Part shown: positions 55,577 through 62,619 of the stretch, piece after piece | How the letters are laid out: each line of letters starts with the position of its first letter | How positions within the stretch are numbered: position 1 is the first letter of the stretch | IMG/VR virus record: IMGVR_UViG_3300020439_002657 | Location: 7,573-71,572 of that record | DNA from: a virus | Reading direction: 5' to 3' (one strand) | DNA: 64,000 nt | Translations under genes and position numbers: made by a program | The notes under the pieces: generated by a model | Databases searched by the model: none | Told to the model about the DNA's origin: nothing | The model's input: only the letters and a program-made list of their open reading frames with translations

Positions 55577-55999
55577 ATGGCCGCGACAATAGATCTGGCT
55601 TTGACAGAAGCAGGCTTTGACCCGGAGCTTCAGCCGAGAGAATCGGAACGATTTCTCATCAAGTCAGTTCCTCGGAACGGCACGCCTTTTATTGTAGAGT
55701 CTGTCATTGGAGGAGAAGAGCTGAATTCCGGAAAGTCTCAAACCTCGTTTAACGTGGCCCGGTTTAATCGTAAAGAGAGTCGCATTGAGAAATTATCGGG
55801 GGACTTCATTTTCGGCCTGCCAGTTGGGTGGTATAAGATTCACGGCTTTATTCCAGGAAATCCCGGCCCATTGGAAACACTGTACGCCCAGCGGTACCCG
55901 GCAGAGCCAACGAGAGATGAGCTGGAGGATTGGGCGACTTCTGCCGCCATCTATATCGAATATCTTGAGCGGAGATGTGAAGCTCTGGAGGCTCGCTGA
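55577..55999 (+). CDS. Hypothetical protein
   Basis: GGAGG SD, abuts previous stop. Confidence 0.6.
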   Translation: MAATIDLALTEAGFDPELQPRESERFLIKSVPRNGTPFIVESVIGGEELNSGKSQTSFNVARFNRKESRIEKLSGDFIFGLPVGWYKIHGFIPGNPGPLETLYAQRYPAEPTRDELEDWATSAAIYIEYLERRCEALEAR

Positions 56000-56371
56000 A
56001 TGGCGAAGCGGAAACGCATATCACTGGACCTTCCCTACCCGCCCACGGTCAATACCTACTGGAGAAAATACCGTGGGAAAATGGTCCTCTCTGCAAGGGG
56101 CCGGAGCTATAAAGAAGCGGTCCGGTATTCCGTCTTATCCAAGACCAGGGGCCACGTCTTCAAGGATCCAGATCCTCTGAGGGTCATTGCCATTCTGTTC
56201 CCACCGGACCGGCGCAAGAGAGACATAGACAATTCCCTGAAGGCGCTACTGGACGCCCTGGGGAATGATGTTCTCTACTCGGATGACTCTCAGATTTCCG
56301 AACTTCATCTTTACCGAGGAAATGCACGCCCACAGAATGGTTGCGTTTCCGTTACAATCGAGCGACTCTGA
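56000..56371 (+). CDS. rusA: RusA-family Holliday junction resolvase
   Basis: LPYPPTVNTYWR, PPDRRKRDIDN.LKALLDAL, DDSQI. Confidence 0.95.
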   Translation: MAKRKRISLDLPYPPTVNTYWRKYRGKMVLSARGRSYKEAVRYSVLSKTRGHVFKDPDPLRVIAILFPPDRRKRDIDNSLKALLDALGNDVLYSDDSQISELHLYRGNARPQNGCVSVTIERL

Positions 56372-56413
56372 CAGTTCATTCCAGGGGACACCTGTTAGGG
56401 GGACGAAAAATCC

Positions 56414-57547
56414 ATGGGAAAAAAAATCACCTATCTTCTGGGCGCCGGTGCCAGCGCGGGGGCCGTGCCAACGGTGAATGGGCTAGCACAATTCTTGAGG
56501 CACCTCGCAGCTCCGAAGGACGCTCCCAGATCCTACTTAGCCAAATACAGTGAAGTTGAAGATGGGCGCGAAGCTCATGGAGAGTTTCCGGCAATCAGGC
56601 AGTTGATCGAAAAATCAGCCTCACGAGACACATTGGAGCAAGTCAGCCAGAAACTTCTACGAGACATTGAGGAGACTGCGCGCCTTTCTATCGAATTTGG
56701 GACCCCGGATACCTATGCAAAATACCTGAGTCTCAGAGGGTTGGAAGCCCCTCTGGTTGATCTAAGTGGAACGCTGGATTTCGCCCTCAGCCTTGCCCAA
56801 GCACATAACCGAGTTGATCTGAGATACTACCAATGGATTTCAGCACTTGCTACCAGAGACTCCAGGACCGGCAAGGTATGGTTCCCTCAGGAAGTCAAGA
56901 TTCTCTCCTGGAATTATGATATTCAACTTGAGATGGCGATTGGCGAGATCCTCGGGCCCGCCGCCGGAAAGAGCCTTTTCTGCTCTCAGGCGGGCATTCC
57001 AAACCCGATCCCACCGGGACCCGGGATTCCTGATTTTCCCGTTTATCATAAGATCAACGGCTCTTCGGGGCACTTACTCTCGCTGCAGCGAGAACCAGCA
57101 GCCTTTCAAATAATATCTGAAGGGGGAGGTCATGTTGATGCGGTTTCAAATCTGATGGAAAGCCTCTTGGCCAACGGGAGATCAGGACAATCGAGAATCC
57201 GTTTCGCATGGAGTCGCCCAGAGGCTCTCGACCTGCAACGATTTGGCGACACCGAGATTCTTGTTGTAATAGGATACTCCTTCCCCTCCTTCAACCGGCA
57301 AATCGATGGAGAAATTCTTACCTCAATGCAAGAACTGGAAAGGGTAGTAATTCAAGATCTCACTCCAGGGCCGAAGGCCTCGATCGTAAGAGAATTGCTG
57401 AGAAACACGCATCCTGACCAAGCAAGAGACATTGCAGTTCAAACGGAACTGGCCAAAGATAGTCCGTTCTTTATCCCGAGCGAACTTTTCGTCCAACCAA
57501 AGGCAAGCCGCACTCACCAAGAAGATCAGGCTCGCTCCCCTCAGTAG
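56414..57547 (+). CDS. SIR2-like domain protein (candidate defence moron)
   Basis: YLLGAGAS, ILSWNYD, HKINGS, LVVIGYSF..FNR.ID. Confidence 0.8.
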   Translation: MGKKITYLLGAGASAGAVPTVNGLAQFLRHLAAPKDAPRSYLAKYSEVEDGREAHGEFPAIRQLIEKSASRDTLEQVSQKLLRDIEETARLSIEFGTPDTYAKYLSLRGLEAPLVDLSGTLDFALSLAQAHNRVDLRYYQWISALATRDSRTGKVWFPQEVKILSWNYDIQLEMAIGEILGPAAGKSLFCSQAGIPNPIPPGPGIPDFPVYHKINGSSGHLLSLQREPAAFQIISEGGGHVDAVSNLMESLLANGRSGQSRIRFAWSRPEALDLQRFGDTEILVVIGYSFPSFNRQIDGEILTSMQELERVVIQDLTPGPKASIVRELLRNTHPDQARDIAVQTELAKDSPFFIPSELFVQPKASRTHQEDQARSPQ

Positions 57548-57596
57548 AAGAGGTAGGCTGCTATCCCTGCCAGGATTGCTTCTCTCTGGTTCCTCA

Positions 57597-57636
57597 CTGT
57601 CCGATAACCGGGATTTGGATAATCCTTGCAGTAGTC
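57597..57636 (+). promoter_or_regulatory. Putative phage late promoter (terminase)
   Basis: CTGTCC gataaccgggatttgga TAATCC; 34 nt to ATG (atypical spacing). Confidence 0.5.
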
Positions 57637-58233
57637 ATGGCCAAGAGAACGGAAGAGAAGTCTGTACGGAATCAGATTAACAGGGACCGCAAGAGTGCCC
57701 CAAATGCCCCACCGGATGCCTCGTCGGCAAAGGAAAGAAAGGGAGCTAAGACAGCCGCCAAGAGTGCAACAAGCAAGCCAAAGCGGGCAACCAAGAAAGA
57801 GCAGAAAACGGCGAAGAAAGCCGAGCCTTTTAGCTTTCCCGGACTAAAGGAAACGGAAGCCAAAGCAGCGGAGCTCGTTGCCTCTGGGATCAATTTCAAG
57901 AAGATCGCCAAGTCCCTGCAGATAGACAGGAAGACCCTCTACCGCTGGAGGAAGAAAACCGCTTTCATCGAAGCTGTGAAGTTCCTTCTGGATGAAGAGG
58001 ATGGGGACCTCCTCGCCGAGGCGAGGATCACTGCACGGATGGCCAGGGCCGCACTCCGGAAATCCTTTGAACGACAGAGCCCCCAGGATAATGCCATTGC
58101 CCTCCGCTACCTGGAGCGCACCGGCCTGCTCTACGTGACGGACGAACAGGCGGACAGAGAAAAAGCCATCCAGGAGGCCGCTGGAATCATGGCCAACATC
58201 CTATCCAAGCATGGCATCGAATCAGTCAATTAG
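57637..58233 (+). CDS. Terminase small subunit
   Basis: AAELVASG....IAKSLQIDRKTLYRWRK HTH; overlaps TerL start. Confidence 0.75.
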   Translation: MAKRTEEKSVRNQINRDRKSAPNAPPDASSAKERKGAKTAAKSATSKPKRATKKEQKTAKKAEPFSFPGLKETEAKAAELVASGINFKKIAKSLQIDRKTLYRWRKKTAFIEAVKFLLDEEDGDLLAEARITARMARAALRKSFERQSPQDNAIALRYLERTGLLYVTDEQADREKAIQEAAGIMANILSKHGIESVN

Positions 58234-59917
58234 ACAGAGGATCCTCTCAGAGCTGGGATCTTCCGGGCTGAATCGCTTCCCCCCGCAGGTTCTGGAGTTG
58301 GCATTCCGGAGAGTGGAACAGGAATATGCGGGACAGGTCGCCGAATCGGCGAACAGGGAGAAATCCCTATGCAGGCGCCGGGCCACGGGAAAGCGGGGGC
58401 AGTTTCACTTCTTTCTCCGCCATTACTTCGGGCACTACTTTGGAAGCCCGTTCGGCCCCCAGCAGAAAGCGTTGATCGAAGACATCCAGGCACTACGGGG
58501 CCGACAACGGGATCCGGTGAAGATGACCCGAGCCCTCTCCCGTGGTTTTGGGAAATCGACGGTTCTGACTCTGTGCGGCACCCTCTGGCTCATTCTCACG
58601 CGGACCTGGAATTTCCCCATCATAATCTCCAGCAGCCTCGAATCTGCAAAAGGATTCCTGCAGGCGATCATCGACGAATGCGAGGACAATGCGGTGCTCC
58701 TAGAGCATTACCCGGAGCTGCGACCGAAGAAGGACCAGAAGGGACAGACCGTTTCCTGGAAGGACGGGGACATCGTATTCCAGGGCGGAGCCCGGATCCT
58801 GGCGAAGGGATTCCTGAACAGTATCCGTGGTAAACGGCGCAAAGAGTCCAGGCCGGATGCATTGCTTATCGATGATCCGGATGAAGAGAAGGACGTGGCC
58901 AGCGAATCGACCATGGTCCGCAAGATGCGGTGGCTGGACCGCGCGGCCCTGCGCCTGGGTGGAGCCTGGGGCCTGGATGTGATCGTGGCTTACACCACCA
59001 TCGCCCCGAATTGCGTCGGTGAGCAGATATTCACGGATAACCAGAAGTACGGGCATTGGGACCGGAAGAAGCTCAAGGCCATCGAGGTGGACGAAGACGG
59101 AAACGAATTCTCTACCTGGCCGCAAACCTGGCCATTGAAGGCACTCCAGGAGGAACGGGCGCAGGATCCGATCGGATTTGCCCAGGAACGGCAGAACGAA
59201 CCACTGGCAGAAGTCGACCAGCGATTCAAAGGGCTAATCCAGAGGTACCGCTTTCCACCTGCCCCGAGCTGGACCGACTGGACGCTTGCGCTGGCCGTGG
59301 ACCTTTCTCTCGGCAAATCCGAGAAATCAGACTACAGCGCCATCATAGGCGTGGGTCTCGGTCCGGATGGGAAGTTTTACGAGGTCTACTCAGACATCCA
59401 GAGGCGGCGACCGGATGCCATTGAACGGGATCTAATGCTGGCACTCCAGACGCTTCCCTGGAATATCTGCGGCATCGAAAGCAACGCCAACCAGGAATAC
59501 TTCCTCCTGAACTTCCGGCGATTGGTATCTGAGTTCAATAAGACCAGTGCCAACAAGATCACTATTCCGATTGTGGAGCTGTCCAACACCTCCGACAAGG
59601 AAGCCAGGATCATGGGCGCACTGCAGCCGTTGGTAGCCTCCGGCCTTCTATTGCTTCGGGATGACTCCGAGATGCTCTTTCAGCAGCTAAACGAATTCCC
59701 CTACCGACACAAGGACGGGCCGGATGCCCTGGAGATGGGAGTCCGGCTCATTCGGGAGATGCCGGGAATCCGCGCATCAAAGCCCAAAGAGCAGCCTAAC
59801 CAGAACACCGCAAGGCAGGTGCAAGAAAGACGAAAGAACACCATTCAGAGCAGGCAGTATGATAGCCTGTTGCGAAAGCTGGGCTACGATGGGCCGAATG
59901 ATCCCAGAATCCGATAG
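58211..59917 (+). CDS. Terminase large subunit
   Basis: SRGFGKST Walker A, IRG..RPDALLIDDP Walker B, FAQERQNEP, AVDLS.GKSEKSDYSA, HKDGPDALE. Confidence 0.95.
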   Translation: MASNQSIRQRILSELGSSGLNRFPPQVLELAFRRVEQEYAGQVAESANREKSLCRRRATGKRGQFHFFLRHYFGHYFGSPFGPQQKALIEDIQALRGRQRDPVKMTRALSRGFGKSTVLTLCGTLWLILTRTWNFPIIISSSLESAKGFLQAIIDECEDNAVLLEHYPELRPKKDQKGQTVSWKDGDIVFQGGARILAKGFLNSIRGKRRKESRPDALLIDDPDEEKDVASESTMVRKMRWLDRAALRLGGAWGLDVIVAYTTIAPNCVGEQIFTDNQKYGHWDRKKLKAIEVDEDGNEFSTWPQTWPLKALQEERAQDPIGFAQERQNEPLAEVDQRFKGLIQRYRFPPAPSWTDWTLALAVDLSLGKSEKSDYSAIIGVGLGPDGKFYEVYSDIQRRRPDAIERDLMLALQTLPWNICGIESNANQEYFLLNFRRLVSEFNKTSANKITIPIVELSNTSDKEARIMGALQPLVASGLLLLRDDSEMLFQQLNEFPYRHKDGPDALEMGVRLIREMPGIRASKPKEQPNQNTARQVQERRKNTIQSRQYDSLLRKLGYDGPNDPRIR

Positions 59918-59984
59918 AGATTCCTGATTCAGCATCAGCGGCCTCAACTACCGGTGTGCCATCCGCATGGGCCTTCGACAAAAG

Positions 59985-60551
59985 CTAGAAAGCACCGTCC
60001 AGCTCTTCCTTGCTTTCTGCCTCCACTCTCTTCTGTTTCTCAATATACCCGGCCGGTGGCTCCGGGTTGTTCTCCTTCATTCTAAGCTGGATAATGGCTT
60101 CCTCATTACTGGCTTTGCATGGATACATCTCAATCGAATACCGCCCCTGATCAGGTTTCCATCGACAAGTACTCCCTGGCCCAGGATCACCATACTTCGC
60201 CTTCAGCTTCTTTGCTAATGCTGCAGGGGGACCCTTCCATTGGAAACGGATCTCTCGAACAGTACCCCATTTGGTAAAGTAAACATGAGGCCCGGTACCG
60301 GAGCTGTAGGTCCAATTCTCTGCTTCATCAAAAAAGATCCCAAGGTGACTGGTTAGGTTTTCTCGGCGAGTATCGTTCAATTCAGAGAAGGACTCTGGCC
60401 AATGGCCCACCATGCCAGGGTATTTGGAGCTGAGACGACTCATCAGTTCATCATAAGATATTCCGATTTCGAATTCAAAGAAGCGAGGAGCTTCTGCCTG
60501 GATCGGAACAGAAAGAAATACTGCCAAATAAATAGGAAGGAAAGCTCGCAT
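59985..60551 (-). CDS. Exported hypothetical protein, moron-like
   Basis: Start MRAFLPIYLAVFLSVPIQA (signal peptide); TTGACA-18-CAGAAT 5 nt before ATG. Confidence 0.7.
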   Translation of the reverse strand: MRAFLPIYLAVFLSVPIQAEAPRFFEFEIGISYDELMSRLSSKYPGMVGHWPESFSELNDTRRENLTSHLGIFFDEAENWTYSSGTGPHVYFTKWGTVREIRFQWKGPPAALAKKLKAKYGDPGPGSTCRWKPDQGRYSIEMYPCKASNEEAIIQLRMKENNPEPPAGYIEKQKRVEAESKEELDGAF

Positions 60552-60761
60552 CAGTAATTCTGAAGGGCAACAGGAAGCGTTGTCAACCGGTTCCTCCGGA
60601 GACCCCTGCCCATCAAAGAGAAAACTCCACAAGGGCCAGGAGAAGCGGTATCCAGGGGCAGAGGCTAACAATGGACCAAATGACCGGAGGCAGCCGAAAC
60701 AAATAAACCGTTGCAATAGAAGGTATCATCGATATCCAAGTGGGAAAGGGAGGGTTTAGTA

Positions 60762-60917
60762 ATGCCAAAAAAGGCCGCCAAAAGAACCACGAAGAAGAAA
60801 GTCGCAGCAAAGAAAAAGACCTCAAAAAAATCAGCCAAAAAGAAGACCAGTAAGAAGAAAGCCACCAAGAAAAGAAGTGACCGCCCTCGATTTGGCGGCG
60901 GTGCAAAGAAGCGTTGA
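60762..60917 (+). CDS. Lys-rich histone-H1-like peptide (51 aa, not in ORF track)
   Basis: MPKKAAKRTTKKKVAAKKKTSKKSAKKKTSKKKATKKRSDRPRFGGGAKKR; GGGAGG SD; TTGA overlap with next gene. Confidence 0.7.
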   Translation: MPKKAAKRTTKKKVAAKKKTSKKSAKKKTSKKKATKKRSDRPRFGGGAKKR

Positions 60918-61381
60918 AGAAAGGTAACTGGGAAGAAGCGAAGAGGTGGAGTGACGAAGCAGTCAAGACCGCCCATGAGAACTACGCTTTCTATACGGGA
61001 AAGGCCAGTGGACTAGTGAGGCAATTAGCGCTGGGAGGAATTGCTGTGGTCTGGCTTTTCTCACTTGAGCCATCGAGCGAGGGGACCAATTACAAGCTTC
61101 CTTCCAGTCTTGCATGGCCCCTGTATTTGATGGTCTTATCCTTGGCAGCCGACTTTTTGCACTACATGATATCCGCTGGCATCTGGGGCTGGCGAAGTCT
61201 CCATGGGGTGGCGAACTTCAGAAAGTTGATATTCTGGCATTACCGCCAGACCCCAGAGGGCAGAAATCGCCGGGACTTCTGGGTGGAGTTTCCCTCTCAT
61301 TTTCTTTTCTGGCTTAAATCTGCTTTCGTACTCATAGGCTACATTTGGCTCTTGATTGCAATGCCTATCCAGTTCGCATAG
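60914..61381 (+). CDS. Three-TM membrane protein
   Basis: YTGKASGLVRQLALGGIAVVWLF...LSLAADFLHY...LFWLK. Confidence 0.7.
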   Translation: MKKGNWEEAKRWSDEAVKTAHENYAFYTGKASGLVRQLALGGIAVVWLFSLEPSSEGTNYKLPSSLAWPLYLMVLSLAADFLHYMISAGIWGWRSLHGVANFRKLIFWHYRQTPEGRNRRDFWVEFPSHFLFWLKSAFVLIGYIWLLIAMPIQFA

Positions 61382-61386
61382 ATGAG

Positions 61387-61421
61387 CTGCCCGATAAAGC
61401 GAAACTCTGTATGCTCCGGCC
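61387..61421 (+). promoter_or_regulatory. Putative phage late promoter
   Basis: CTGCCC gataaagcgaaactctg TATGCT ccggcc ATG. Confidence 0.75.
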
Positions 61422-61733
61422 ATGGAAAACAAAACACAAGCCGAAGACATTCAGCAATCGGAGCCAGGGAATCCGGAACTCCCTGCTGAGGATACCGAAC
61501 AGGAAACCGAAAGCACTGAAGGAGTGCCGCCGGATCCAGAGCCCGAGCCTGAGAAGGAATCCGAGCAAGCGGCCAGCTATGCGAGCGTCCTGGCAGACCA
61601 CATTTCCAGCCTGGACGATTTCATTCAGCAGCGGCTCTGGAGTAAGATCCAGTCCTATGCCACCCAGAAATTGCCGCCCGCCACGGCATTGAATCTGGCT
61701 GTGAGAGCAATCGAGGCCGAACTGCGCAACTGA
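61422..61733 (+). CDS. Acidic hypothetical protein
   Basis: 103 aa after late promoter. Confidence 0.65.
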   Translation: MENKTQAEDIQQSEPGNPELPAEDTEQETESTEGVPPDPEPEPEKESEQAASYASVLADHISSLDDFIQQRLWSKIQSYATQKLPPATALNLAVRAIEAELRN

Positions 61734-61737
61734 GGCG

Positions 61738-62619
61738 TTGGCAGAGAAGCGCGAACAGTTCGAGGGTCCGTTCCTGCCTTTCAGGTTTCTCCGGGAATGG
61801 CAATACGCCTGGCTGGAGTACTACGCCTGGATGCAGGCGACCCTTGTGGGCGGGACCGTATCACGGATACAGATCAACAAATCCATGCTCGGCGATGTCT
61901 GGAAGCGGGCCAACGGCTTCCTGGGGCGCCTCATGGAGCGGAATCCATTCCCTGCCCCATCGATCCAGGTTGGCACAGAGCTGGATGAAGACTCCCTCAA
62001 TGAATACGAATCGGAGGCCTTCGACTGGCTCCGGGTGAACTACAACGAAGTATACCGGGGCGAGAACTACAAGGGCACCGTGCTCGGAATGATCGCCCAG
62101 CACTTCCAGCGCAAGGGATTCGACCTGAACCGACTGAAGGAACTGAGCCTCCAGGATCTGGACTCGGAGATGCAATCCGAAGGATACGAAGGTCTGGGGA
62201 ACCTGGACGACTTCCTGGAAAAGACCGGCGTCCGGAAATCCTCAATCTACGCATCCATCTTCAATGAGTCCGAAGGAGCCCGCTGGCTTGCCATCTACGA
62301 CGAAAACGGCCAGAGGGCAGGCCGCAGCTACGAGGTTACCAGGGACATGGTGCGCGACATCGTGCAGATGGCCATAGACAATGATCTGTCCCTGGATGAG
62401 ATCCGTCAGGAACTGATCTACGCCAGCACAGAAGCACAGTCCGGACGGTATATCAATCCTGACGGATCCATCGATGAGAAGGGATTCCAGGAGCTCATGC
62501 TGAAGCACTTGAACCGTGACATGGTCCGCGTTGCTGTTACCGAGGCGGCAATATCATTCAACAACGGCCTACTACTGCAGCAAGTCCATGAGGGCGGGAA
62601 GTATGTTAGATTCACGTGA
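61738..62619 (+). CDS. MuF/SPP1 gp7-like minor head protein, N-terminal part
   Basis: LNRDMVRVAVTEAAISFNNGLL...KYVRF matches the MuF 'R.ARTE...N.G' region, then stops before the Cys motifs. Confidence 0.7.
   Translation: MAEKREQFEGPFLPFRFLREWQYAWLEYYAWMQATLVGGTVSRIQINKSMLGDVWKRANGFLGRLMERNPFPAPSIQVGTELDEDSLNEYESEAFDWLRVNYNEVYRGENYKGTVLGMIAQHFQRKGFDLNRLKELSLQDLDSEMQSEGYEGLGNLDDFLEKTGVRKSSIYASIFNESEGARWLAIYDENGQRAGRSYEVTRDMVRDIVQMAIDNDLSLDEIRQELIYASTEAQSGRYINPDGSIDEKGFQELMLKHLNRDMVRVAVTEAAISFNNGLLLQQVHEGGKYVRFT

Noticed and set aside
659-61421. CCGATA as a sigma28 (FliA) -10 element
   Set aside because: No consistent TAAA -35 upstream; the fixed 17-nt spacer to a TANNNT box and ~29-nt distance to start codons fit an upstream element better. 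Not formally excluded.
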